Numbered from the stretch's first letter, positions 1-9,052 are shown. The stretch is DNA of 52,144 bases from Bacilli bacterium (GCA_017940575.1 JAGAYJ010000001.1:1-52144); one strand, 5' to 3'. Program-made: numbers and translations. Notes: generated by a model from the sequence alone, not told the origin.

Positions 1-1
1 G

Positions 2-352
2 GAAGAAAGAGATAACCTTTTAGAATTATCAAAAGAAAATAAGGTGGTGAATAAATATATGGAAGAGCTAGATAGAATTAATAAAGATCCAATATTTAGA
101 TGGTCTATATCAGAAGAAGATGATCAAAGAATGATTAAAAATGCTATAAAAAGAGAAGCAAGAGAAGAAGGCATTAAAGAAGGCATTAAAGAAGGCATTG
201 AAAAAGGCATTAAAGAAGGACTTGAAAAAGGCGTAAGAGAAGGTAAGATTGAAATAGCCAAAAATTTGATTAATATGCAAATGGATTATGAAGATATATC
301 GAAAGCAACTGGCTTATCAGTTGAGGAATTAAAACAAATTAAAGAACAATAA
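2..352 (+). CDS. C-terminal part of an Rpn/YhgA-like (PD-(D/E)XK 'putative transposase') protein, truncated by the left window edge
   Basis: The frame is open from base 2 (EERDNLLELSKENKVVNKYM...). It has the typical tail: REAREEGIKEGIKEG repeats, then IEIAKNLINMQMDYEDISKATGLSVEELKQIK. The nuclease domain lies outside the window. Confidence 0.75.
   Translation, partial: EERDNLLELSKENKVVNKYMEELDRINKDPIFRWSISEEDDQRMIKNAIKREAREEGIKEGIKEGIEKGIKEGLEKGVREGKIEIAKNLINMQMDYEDISKATGLSVEELKQIKEQ
167..250 (+). repeat. Seven degenerate in-frame 12-bp tandem units (consensus GAAGGCATTAAA, encoding EGIK)
   Basis: Perfect units at 167-178 and 179-190; variant units continue to 250. Confidence 0.9.
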
Positions 353-401
353 TATGTTCTTTTTTTTATGCATAATCAAATATAATTAATTAGGTGATGT
401 T

Positions 402-1097
402 ATGTTTAAAAAAATAATTAAATATTTGTTTAAAGATTTTTATCTTTTTACAGCAGCTTATTCAAATAATATTTTTCCAGAACCTTTATCAGATGTTGAA
501 GAAAAAGAAACTTTAGAAAAGTATTTTAATGGAGATAAAATGGCTCGTGATATTTTAATAGAACATAATTTAAGATTAGTTGCTCATATAGTAAAAAAAT
601 ATGACTATAAAAAAGAAGATATGGATGATTTAATTAGTATTGGTACAATTGGACTTATAAAAGGTGTTGATTCATACTCAAAAGAAAAAGGAACAAAGCT
701 TACCACTTACTGTGCTAGATGTATAGAAAATGAAATTTTAATGTACTTTAGAGGTGATAAAAAGAATAATAAAAATATAAGTCTAAATGAAAAGATAGGA
801 TTTGATAAAGATGGAAATGAAATAACTTTTCTAGATATTTTAAAAACACCGAATCATGACTATATAATGGATATACATCAAAATAACTTAGAGGAAAATT
901 TAAAACATTATTTTAAAGTATTAACTGATAGAGAAAAAGAAATTTTAATTAAAAGATATGGACTTAATAATACTAAAGAAACTACACAAAAAGAACTTGC
1001 TAAAAACTTAGGTATATCAAGAAGCTATGTATCTAGAATAGAAAAACGTGCTTTAACTAAAATACTTAAAGAGTTTATAAGAAATAAGGATAACTAG
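402..1097 (+). CDS. sigK: Sporulation sigma factor pro-SigK, uninterrupted
   Basis: Pro-sequence then NNIFPEPLS; LIEHNLRLVAHIVKKY; DLISIGTIGLIKG; TYCARCIENEILMY; TQKELAKNLGISRSYVSRIEKRAL. Confidence 0.9.
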   Translation: MFKKIIKYLFKDFYLFTAAYSNNIFPEPLSDVEEKETLEKYFNGDKMARDILIEHNLRLVAHIVKKYDYKKEDMDDLISIGTIGLIKGVDSYSKEKGTKLTTYCARCIENEILMYFRGDKKNNKNISLNEKIGFDKDGNEITFLDILKTPNHDYIMDIHQNNLEENLKHYFKVLTDREKEILIKRYGLNNTKETTQKELAKNLGISRSYVSRIEKRALTKILKEFIRNKDN

Positions 1098-1145
1098 ATT
1101 TTGTTTTTTTAAAAAATTATGGTAAAATAACCTTAAGGTGATACT

Positions 1146-1577
1146 ATGAGAAAAAAAATAGTCTCAATTATACTATTACTTTTATGGGCAAGCTTAATTT
1201 TTTATCTATCGGATCAACCAAGAGTCGTTTCTAATAAAATGTCTAGTGACATAATAAAACATACTTTATTTGTAAATGATGTAGTTTTAAAGATAATACA
1301 TAATCCTTTAAGAGAAGCAATGCATGCATTTGAATATTTTATATTTGGTCTTTTACTTATAAATGTATTAAAGCAATTTAATATAAAACGAATAATTACA
1401 TTTACAATAATTATAGCAATTATATTTATGGTTAGTGACGAGATTCATCAAATATATGTTCCTGGTAGAGCATTTGAAATTTTAGATTTATTTTTAGATT
1501 TTGTGGGTATTATAATAGCTTGTTTGTTACACTTTAATTACTTAAGTTGCATGCAATTAAATAAAAGTATTATATAA
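1146..1577 (+). CDS. VanZ family membrane protein
   Basis: IFYLSDQP...S..MS; AHAFEY-like segment (MHAFEYFIFG); SDEIHQIYVPGRAFEILDLFLD. Confidence 0.85.
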   Translation: MRKKIVSIILLLLWASLIFYLSDQPRVVSNKMSSDIIKHTLFVNDVVLKIIHNPLREAMHAFEYFIFGLLLINVLKQFNIKRIITFTIIIAIIFMVSDEIHQIYVPGRAFEILDLFLDFVGIIIACLLHFNYLSCMQLNKSII

Positions 1578-1583
1578 TTAACT

Positions 1584-1625
1584 ATAAATAAGGAAACTAT
1601 TATATAAATAAGTTTCCTTATTTAT
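1584..1625 (+). terminator. Perfect 15-bp inverted repeat after the VanZ gene
   Basis: ATAAATAAGGAAACT (1584-1598) / AGTTTCCTTATTTAT (1611-1625). Confidence 0.7.
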
Positions 1626-1685
1626 TTTATAAAAATAATATATACAAATTAAAAAAAATAACGTATAATTAAATTAGTTGTGAAT

Positions 1686-1727
1686 AAAAAGAGGGGAGGC
1701 TATAATTAATATTATAGGCCTCTTTTT
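1686..1727 (+). promoter_or_regulatory. Terminator-like hairpin in the 5' leader of the AAA operon
   Basis: AAAAAGAGG..GGCTATAAT / ATTATAGGCCTCTTTTT with a T-tract. It lies between a TATAAT (~1665) and the SD GGAGG (1745-1749). Confidence 0.45.
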
Positions 1728-1755
1728 GCTTTTTTACTTAAAATGGAGGAATAAA

Positions 1756-3198
1756 ATGGAACAAGAAGTAAGTAAATATATAGCAGTTAGATATTTAAAA
1801 ACAAGATTAAGTGATGATACATATGTTTTTTCTTTTAAAGATATTATTAGCTATGATACAGTTAATGAAGATAAGTCAATTAAATATATGAAAAAAGGCA
1901 AAGAAAAGACTTTATATAGTATAATGGATCCTGATTTTTTAATAAGTGATGAAAAGTATGGATTTGCCGAGACTTATGATTTAAGTTCTTTAATTAAATT
2001 TTATAATAATAGTAACTTAAATCTAATTGTAGAACTATTAAAACGAGCATATGATAATATAATTAGAATATGTATATTAGATGAGAAGAATTGCTATGTT
2101 AAAATGGCAAGCATAAAAAAGGAAAATTTAATTAATTATAAAGTAAGTAAAGAAAAATTTGCTGACTTTGTTGTAAATATAAATTCATTTGGTAATACTT
2201 TTATGTTTGATAAGAATGCTATAGATCTTCTAGTTGAGAATCTTGAAAATAAAGATTATGATGCCGCACTTGCAGAATTAAGATGTGTTAAAAAGATTCT
2301 GGAGGAATATGCTAAAACTCATAAAACAGAAAATTTATTAGTTAATATAGAACAAAAAATAGAACCTGATATAATTGATCATGAAAAAGAAATAGATTCA
2401 TTGATTGGCCTTGATAATGTTAAAAATTTTGTTCAAAAATTGAAAAATTATTTAATTTATTTAAATAAAGTAGAAGATAATGTTAAATTAGATAATCCTA
2501 ATTTAAGTATGGTTTTCTCTGGAAATCCAGGAACAGGTAAAACTACAATAGCAAGAATTATAGCAAGTATACTATATAATTTAGGTTATGTAGAAAATCC
2601 TGATTTTATAGAAACAACTGCACAAGATTTTATAGCAGGTTATGTTGGTCAAACGGCAATTAAAACAAAAGAGTTGATTGAAAGTCATAAAGGATCTGTT
2701 ATTTTTATAGATGAAGCATATGTACTTGCAAGTGAAGCACAGCACTTTGCGCAAGAAGCAATTGTTGAAATTATAAAAGAAATGGAAAGTCGTAAAACTG
2801 TCTTTATCTTCGCAGGATATAAAGATGAAATGAAAAAATTTATCGACATGAATCCAGGTATTAAATCAAGAGTTGGTAATTTTGTTGAATTCAAGGATTA
2901 TACTGAAGAAGAATTATTAGAAATATTTATGAAGAAACTAAAATCTTGTAAATTAAAAATTGGGCAAACTACGAAAGAACAAATAATGGAAATTATAAAA
3001 AAACATAAGAATACCGAGAGATTTGGCAATGGACGTTTTATTGATCAGTTATTCGATAAATTAATTATTAATCATGCAAATAATAGTTATCAATCTAATT
3101 CAATAAACAGTTTAACAACAATTCATCTAAAAGATTTAGAAGGTTTAGATGAGGAATTGAAAGATGAAAGTATAGTTAAAACAATAGGCTTTAAATAA
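1756..3198 (+). CDS. AAA+ ATPase of the SpoVK/CbbX/EccA-like clade with an unknown ~200-aa N-terminal region
   Basis: Walker A GNPGTGKT; AGYVGQTAIKT; Walker B IFIDEAY; FIFAGY; NPGIKSR; FGNGRF; C-terminal IGFK. ATG 1756 follows the SD GGAGG and is preferred over the TTG at 1726. Confidence 0.85.
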   Translation: MEQEVSKYIAVRYLKTRLSDDTYVFSFKDIISYDTVNEDKSIKYMKKGKEKTLYSIMDPDFLISDEKYGFAETYDLSSLIKFYNNSNLNLIVELLKRAYDNIIRICILDEKNCYVKMASIKKENLINYKVSKEKFADFVVNINSFGNTFMFDKNAIDLLVENLENKDYDAALAELRCVKKILEEYAKTHKTENLLVNIEQKIEPDIIDHEKEIDSLIGLDNVKNFVQKLKNYLIYLNKVEDNVKLDNPNLSMVFSGNPGTGKTTIARIIASILYNLGYVENPDFIETTAQDFIAGYVGQTAIKTKELIESHKGSVIFIDEAYVLASEAQHFAQEAIVEIIKEMESRKTVFIFAGYKDEMKKFIDMNPGIKSRVGNFVEFKDYTEEELLEIFMKKLKSCKLKIGQTTKEQIMEIIKKHKNTERFGNGRFIDQLFDKLIINHANNSYQSNSINSLTTIHLKDLEGLDEELKDESIVKTIGFK

Positions 3199-3211
3199 GG
3201 AGGAATGTAAA

Positions 3212-5113
3212 ATGAGTAAAATGTATGCAATGCTTATGGAAAGAGTTGCTATTGATGATATGTTTTATATTTTTAAGCCAATTGATAAAATAGAAGGATA
3301 TCTACAAAAATATAATGAATTTAGCATGTTTCAAACAGGAGAAGCAAACGCTTATTACTTGGCAGATGATATTATTTCTCTTGATTCTGATTATCGTTTT
3401 GTAGCGCATAATATAATAAGTGAAGAAGATTTATTGGAATTATATGATACAAATGATATAGAAGAAGCATTAGCTAACTATGTAAATGATAATTTTGAAA
3501 AAACATTTTTTGGACTAACAACATTTGAAGATGGTAAAATAGCAATGAGCGAAATAGAAACTGATGATTTAATATCTAAAATATATAATAGATGTGAAAC
3601 TTCATATAATGATGTTGCCTATACATTTAATAGTGATAATTTAAATATAGAAGTAACTTTAGAAGATGATATATTTGATGATTATATTTCAAGTAAATAT
3701 TTAAAAGAATCATTTGATAATGCGTGTACTTCAATTAAAATAGTAAATGATTATACAGAAATGATTGAATTGTTAGAAGATATTACTGACTTTTATAATT
3801 CTCTTTCAACTCGTTTTAAAAAAGAAGAACCAAAAGAATTAAGCTCTTTCTTTATGAAAATTGCGGAATTATTTAAAAAACTTTCTTTATTTAAAACAAC
3901 AGATGAAATAAAAGAAAAATTCTTTTCAGTATTTGATGAATTAAATGAAGCGAATAATATAGTTGTTAGAAAATACGAAGAATTTGAAAACAAAAATGCC
4001 GCACTTACTGTTGTTGAAAAAGAAGAAAAGTCTAAAATGATTAATGTAAAAGAAATGAAAGAAAAATTTGATCAAGTTATAATTGGCCAAGAAGATGCTA
4101 AGAAAGCAGTTATTAAGGCTATATTTAAAAATAGAGTTAGAGATAATATTGAATCATCAAATAAAAATAATTGCTTATTAATAGGCCCAACAGGATGTGG
4201 TAAAACACTTATCGCAGAGGTGGCAGCCAAATATTTTAATTTACCTTTAGATATAGTAGATTCTCCTCAAATAACTGCTGCAGGATATATTGGAGCGAAT
4301 ATAACTGATTGCTTAGAACACTTACTTTCACAAACAAAAGGAAATTTAAAAGAAGCAGAAAAAGGAATAATCGTATTTGATGAACTTGATAAAAAAGGAC
4401 AATTAGGAAGTGGCGTTAAAAGTGATGTTAATAAAGGTGATGTATTAAATGAAATGCTTAAATTTATAGAAGGTTCTAAATATGATGTTACTTATAATAA
4501 TAAAAATTATGTTTTTGATACATCTAATTTATCAATAATTGGAATGGGCTCTTTTGCGGCAGCTCAAGAAGATATGAATCAAAATGAAATAGGATTTAAC
4601 AAAAAACAAAATGAAATAGAAGAAGACATAAAATATAAAAAAATGACTACAGATGACTTTTCTAAAAAAGCTAATATACCTCGTGAATTAGTTGGTAGAT
4701 TTACAATAAAAAAACAATTATCTGGTCATACAATTGAATCACTTAGAAGAATTCTAACAGAATCTAAGTCAAGTGCTTTATTAAGTGAAAAAGATATTTT
4801 GAATTGCCTTGATATTGAGCTTTCATGGACAGATGATTTTTTAGATGAAGTTGCAAAAAAAGCAGTTAAACTTAAAACGGGAGCACGAAGCCTTAAATCA
4901 ACTATTGAAGAAGCAATAGAAGAAGCTGAATGGGAAGTGTTATGTAATTTAGATACATATAAAGGAATTATTTTAACAGATAAATCTGTAAATGATAACA
5001 CTGATATTTTATTAATTGATGTCAATGATAATAAACATAATTTAAAAGATATAATTGCTTCTAAAGATAAAACAAGTCTTTCTGTTCAAAAAGAATTAGT
5101 TTATAAAAAATGA
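3212..5113 (+). CDS. Divergent ClpX-like AAA+ ATPase with a long (~270 aa) N-terminal extension and no Zn finger
   Basis: VIIGQEDAKKAV; LLIGPTGCGKTLIAE; AAGYIG; AEKGIIVFDELDK; IGF loop (NEIGFN); ELVGRF; TGARSL. Confidence 0.85.
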   Translation: MSKMYAMLMERVAIDDMFYIFKPIDKIEGYLQKYNEFSMFQTGEANAYYLADDIISLDSDYRFVAHNIISEEDLLELYDTNDIEEALANYVNDNFEKTFFGLTTFEDGKIAMSEIETDDLISKIYNRCETSYNDVAYTFNSDNLNIEVTLEDDIFDDYISSKYLKESFDNACTSIKIVNDYTEMIELLEDITDFYNSLSTRFKKEEPKELSSFFMKIAELFKKLSLFKTTDEIKEKFFSVFDELNEANNIVVRKYEEFENKNAALTVVEKEEKSKMINVKEMKEKFDQVIIGQEDAKKAVIKAIFKNRVRDNIESSNKNNCLLIGPTGCGKTLIAEVAAKYFNLPLDIVDSPQITAAGYIGANITDCLEHLLSQTKGNLKEAEKGIIVFDELDKKGQLGSGVKSDVNKGDVLNEMLKFIEGSKYDVTYNNKNYVFDTSNLSIIGMGSFAAAQEDMNQNEIGFNKKQNEIEEDIKYKKMTTDDFSKKANIPRELVGRFTIKKQLSGHTIESLRRILTESKSSALLSEKDILNCLDIELSWTDDFLDEVAKKAVKLKTGARSLKSTIEEAIEEAEWEVLCNLDTYKGIILTDKSVNDNTDILLIDVNDNKHNLKDIIASKDKTSLSVQKELVYKK

Positions 5114-5140
5114 TTATAGTAAAAAAACTATAATCTTTTT
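5112..5140 (+). terminator. Intrinsic terminator of the AAA operon
   Basis: GATTATAGT / ACTATAATC followed by TTTTT. Confidence 0.7.
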
Positions 5141-5190
5141 ATTTTTTGTGGTAAAATAAATATGTAAATTTTAATGAATTAGGTGATATT

Positions 5191-6474
5191 ATGATACAAA
5201 AGCCAAAAGGAACATATGACGTTTTTGGAGAATATGGTAAAAAAGTTAAAGAATTAGAAAAAATAATGAATGCTTTAATGGAAAAATATAACTATGAATA
5301 TATTAGAACTCCACACTTTGAAGCAAGTGAATTATTCCACAGAGGTGTAGGCGAAACTACTGATATCGTATCTAAAGAAACATATGATTTTATAGATCGA
5401 GGAGATAGAAACATGACACTACGCCCTGAAGGAACTGCTGGTGTTGTTAGAAGTTATATTGAAAACAAAATGTATGGAGAAGCTATAAACCCTAGAAAAC
5501 TATGGTATTATGGACCAATGTATAGATACGAACGTCCTCAATCAGGAAGATTTAGAGAATTCTATCAATTTGGAGTTGAAGTGTTTGGAACAAATAATCC
5601 TATGATGGATGCTGAGGTTATATCTATTCCAGTTAATTTTTATAAATTACTTGGACTAAAAGGTATAAAAGTTAATATTAATACATTAGGCGATAAAGAA
5701 TCACGTGATGCATATAGAAATGCACTTCTAGAATACTTTAAACCACATTTAGATACATTATGTGAAGATTGCAAAGAAAGATATTCTAAAAATCCACTTC
5801 GTATATTAGATTGTAAAGTAGATGCTAATAAAGATATTATGAAAAATGCTCCAAAAATAATAGATTATTTAAATGATGAATCAAAGAGTCACTTTGAAAG
5901 CGTTAAAAAATATTTGAGTGTTTTAGGTATTGAATATGTAGTTAATCCTAAATTAGTTAGAGGATTAGATTATTATACACATACTGTATTTGAAGTAGAA
6001 GCTAATGTTGAAGGATTTGGTAGTCAAAATGTATTATGCGGTGGTGGAAGATACGATCATTTAGTTGAAATGGTTGGAGGTCCATCCACTCCAGGTGTTG
6101 GATTTGCCATGGGACTAGAGAGACTTATGACAGCCTTAGACTATGAAAATATTAACTTAGTTGAACATGATCATGTTGATTGTTATATTGTTCCAATGAA
6201 TACTAATGATTATAGTTTTGCGCTTATGCAAGATTTAAGACTTAATGGTTTTAGTGTAGATATGGATTATATGAATAGAAAAGTTTCTAATAACTTTAAA
6301 CAAGCAGATAGATTAAAGGCTAGATTTATAATTATAATTGGTGAAGATGAAGTAAATAGTAATATCTTAACTGTTAAAGATAATCATACAAAAGAAGAGT
6401 TTAAAGTTAATACTTTAGATATAATTGATTTTTTAGATGAAAAATTAGAAGATTGTGGTTGTGAAGAAGAGTAA
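5191..6474 (+). CDS. hisS: Histidine--tRNA ligase
   Basis: PKGTYD; RPEGTAGVVR; YERPQSGRFREFYQFGVE; LVRGLDYYT; GGGRYD. Confidence 0.97.
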   Translation: MIQKPKGTYDVFGEYGKKVKELEKIMNALMEKYNYEYIRTPHFEASELFHRGVGETTDIVSKETYDFIDRGDRNMTLRPEGTAGVVRSYIENKMYGEAINPRKLWYYGPMYRYERPQSGRFREFYQFGVEVFGTNNPMMDAEVISIPVNFYKLLGLKGIKVNINTLGDKESRDAYRNALLEYFKPHLDTLCEDCKERYSKNPLRILDCKVDANKDIMKNAPKIIDYLNDESKSHFESVKKYLSVLGIEYVVNPKLVRGLDYYTHTVFEVEANVEGFGSQNVLCGGGRYDHLVEMVGGPSTPGVGFAMGLERLMTALDYENINLVEHDHVDCYIVPMNTNDYSFALMQDLRLNGFSVDMDYMNRKVSNNFKQADRLKARFIIIIGEDEVNSNILTVKDNHTKEEFKVNTLDIIDFLDEKLEDCGCEEE

Positions 6475-6512
6475 AATGTTTTATAATAGAATAAAGAATA
6501 GAGGTAATATAA

Positions 6513-6956
6513 ATGGATGAATTATTTAAAAAAATAATAATTGGTGAAAAAGAATTAAAAGAATTAGATGATAGTCACTCAAACATGAGTAAAAAAGTTA
6601 AAAATTTAAATGAAGTTGCTAAATATTTTTTAAAAACATCAAATAAAAAATATAAAGAAGAAAAATTGAAAAAACGTGATTTGAATAAACTACTTGAAGT
6701 ATATAATGACTTAATCAAAGAAAATAAAACAATAAAAAAATATGTTAATTCTAAAGAAGATGCCCCTGATTTACTTAAAGATGCTGAACACATAATAAAA
6801 CTATTTATAGATGATTATGTAAAAAATAGAGAAAGTACATCTATATGGACTAGAGAAATCAAAGTTGCTGGATTTGTTGAGCCATTATTATTTGGTATTA
6901 TTACAGCTTTAGCAGGAATTGTATTTTTAGGCAATTTATATTTGATTATTTTTTAA
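6513..6956 (+). CDS. Hypothetical protein with a C-terminal transmembrane helix
   Basis: SD GAGG; charged helical body; hydrophobic tail AGFVEPLLFGIITALAGIVFLGNLYLIIF; hairpin at 6955-6974. Confidence 0.7.
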   Translation: MDELFKKIIIGEKELKELDDSHSNMSKKVKNLNEVAKYFLKTSNKKYKEEKLKKRDLNKLLEVYNDLIKENKTIKKYVNSKEDAPDLLKDAEHIIKLFIDDYVKNRESTSIWTREIKVAGFVEPLLFGIITALAGIVFLGNLYLIIF

Positions 6957-7027
6957 GACCTATTGGTCTTTTTTCTTGATTAAAAGGTATAATTATAGTA
7001 TAATTTATAAGCGACGGAGGGAATAAT

Positions 7028-8083
7028 ATGATAGAAAGACTAGAAAATATAGAAGCTAGATATAACGAGTTAAATGATGAATTAATGATGCCTGAGACTA
7101 TTTCTAATGTAAAAAGAACACTAGAAATTACAAAAGAACAAGCAACTTTAAAAGATGCATATGATGCATATCAAGAATATAAGAAAGTACTTAGTGGTAT
7201 TGAAGAGTCAAAAGAACTTATAAATGATCCAGAACTTGGTGAAATGGCTCGTGATGAGTTAAAAGAATTAGAACTTAAAAAAGAAAAAATGGATAGTGAT
7301 TTAGAAATACTACTACTACCAAAAGATCCAAATGACTCTAAAAATGTCGTTATAGAGATTCGTGGAGCTGCTGGAGGAGATGAAGGAAACATATTTGCGG
7401 GAGACTTATTTGATATGTATAAACATTATGCTGAGAAACAAGGTTATTCTATAGAAGTTAATGAAGAATATCCAAGTGAGGCTGGTGGATACTCTCTAAT
7501 TGGTTTTACTGTTAAAGGCGAAGGTGCATATTCTAAGTTAAAGTATGAATCAGGTGCTCATAGGGTACAAAGAGTGCCTTCTACTGAAACTCAAGGTAGA
7601 GTCCACACTTCAACTGCAACTGTTCTTGTTATGCCTGAGGCTGATGAATTTGACTATGAACTAGATATGAGTGAGGTTAGAATTGATATTACTCGTGCAT
7701 CAGGATGTGGTGGACAAGGTGTAAATACTACAGACTCAGCTGTTAGACTTACACATATTCCAACAGGACTAGTCGTATATTCACAAACTGAAAGATCACA
7801 AATTAAAAACAAAGAAAAAGCTATTAAAATACTTAAAACTCGTCTTTATGATTTAAAACTTCAAGAACAATTAGAAGCTGAAGGTAAAGAAAGACGTAGC
7901 AAAATAGGTACTGGTGATAGATCAGAAAAAATCAGAACTTATAACTATCCTCAAAACCGTGTAACTGATCATAGAATTGGTTTTACTACAAATACACTAG
8001 ATAGAGTTATGCAAGGTGATTTAGATAAAGTAATAGAAGCTTTAATTACAGAAGATCAAAATAGAAAATTAAGAGGAGAGTAA
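7028..8083 (+). CDS. prfA: Peptide chain release factor 1
   Basis: IRGAAGGDEG; LKYESGAHRVQRVP; RASGCGGQGVNTTDSAVR; RSEKIRTYNYPQNRVTDHR. Confidence 0.97.
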   Translation: MIERLENIEARYNELNDELMMPETISNVKRTLEITKEQATLKDAYDAYQEYKKVLSGIEESKELINDPELGEMARDELKELELKKEKMDSDLEILLLPKDPNDSKNVVIEIRGAAGGDEGNIFAGDLFDMYKHYAEKQGYSIEVNEEYPSEAGGYSLIGFTVKGEGAYSKLKYESGAHRVQRVPSTETQGRVHTSTATVLVMPEADEFDYELDMSEVRIDITRASGCGGQGVNTTDSAVRLTHIPTGLVVYSQTERSQIKNKEKAIKILKTRLYDLKLQEQLEAEGKERRSKIGTGDRSEKIRTYNYPQNRVTDHRIGFTTNTLDRVMQGDLDKVIEALITEDQNRKLRGE

Positions 8084-8084
8084 T

Positions 8085-8357
8085 TTGAGAAATAAACCAA
8101 CATATTCATCTGATTTAATCTGTAGTACTTGTGGTAGTATTATGACAATTTCAAGATGTACAGCTAGATCAAGAGAAAAATATCATATTAAAGATATGTA
8201 TTGTATAAATTGTAAAAAAACAACTAAATTTATTGAACTAGGCAATGCTGATATAATAAAAAAAGAACTTGAGTTTAAAGATAATTTAAACAAGATTGAA
8301 GAGTTAGTATATGAATTAACTCACAATGATTGTTTATGCAAGCAAAAGAGTATTTAA
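8085..8357 (+). CDS. Small zinc-ribbon protein (CxxC-x24-CxxC) with L33-like spacing
   Basis: LICSTCG...HIKDMYCINCKKTTKFIE; TTG start after the SD AGGAG; overlaps the prmC start. Confidence 0.7.
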   Translation: MRNKPTYSSDLICSTCGSIMTISRCTARSREKYHIKDMYCINCKKTTKFIELGNADIIKKELEFKDNLNKIEELVYELTHNDCLCKQKSI

Positions 8358-9052
8358 AAAAATATTTGGAGCCTTCTAAATTAGAAGAAGGATTAAAAAG
8401 ATTAGAAAATGGCGAAGCAGTTCAATATATAGTTGGTAATGTAGAGTTTTATAATACTGTTATAAATGTCAATAAAAACGTATTAATCCCTCGTTTTGAA
8501 ACTGAAGAATTAGTGGAAAAAACTATAAACTATATAAATAAGTATTTTAATAAAAAAATAGATATTCTAGATTTAGGAACAGGTTCAGGTTGTATAGCTA
8601 TAGCTCTTGCTAAAAATACAGATTCTTGTGTTGATGCAGTAGATATATCTGATAAAGCACTAGAAGTAGCTAGAGAAAATGCTTTATTGAATAATGTAGA
8701 TGTTAACTTTATAAAACAAGATATGACTATACCTAATGATAAGTTATATGATGTCATTATATCCAATCCTCCTTATCTTAGAGATGAATCTGAAGTAGAA
8801 GAGATTGTAAAGAATAATGAACCAGAACTTGCTTTATATGCAAATGATGATGGAATGTATTTTTATAAAAAGATACTTGAAAACTATAAAAATAGTTTAA
8901 AAGATAGATTTATTATTGCTTTTGAGTTAGGTTATAATCAAGCAGATATTTTATGTGAGTTTGCTAAAAAAATATACTCTAATAGCAAAGTTATAATAGA
9001 TTATGATTTAACTGGATATAAAAGATTTTTATTTGTAATAAACGTTGACTAA
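8336..9052 (+). CDS. prmC: Release factor glutamine methyltransferase with a shortened N-terminus
   Basis: QYIVG; VLIPRFETEELV; DLGTGSGCIA; IISNPPY; FELG. ATG 8336 (alternative TTG 8330). Confidence 0.92.
   Translation: MQAKEYLKKYLEPSKLEEGLKRLENGEAVQYIVGNVEFYNTVINVNKNVLIPRFETEELVEKTINYINKYFNKKIDILDLGTGSGCIAIALAKNTDSCVDAVDISDKALEVARENALLNNVDVNFIKQDMTIPNDKLYDVIISNPPYLRDESEVEEIVKNNEPELALYANDDGMYFYKKILENYKNSLKDRFIIAFELGYNQADILCEFAKKIYSNSKVIIDYDLTGYKRFLFVINVD

Noticed and set aside
402-1097. skin-like interruption of sigK
   Set aside because: The ORF is continuous through regions 2 to 4.
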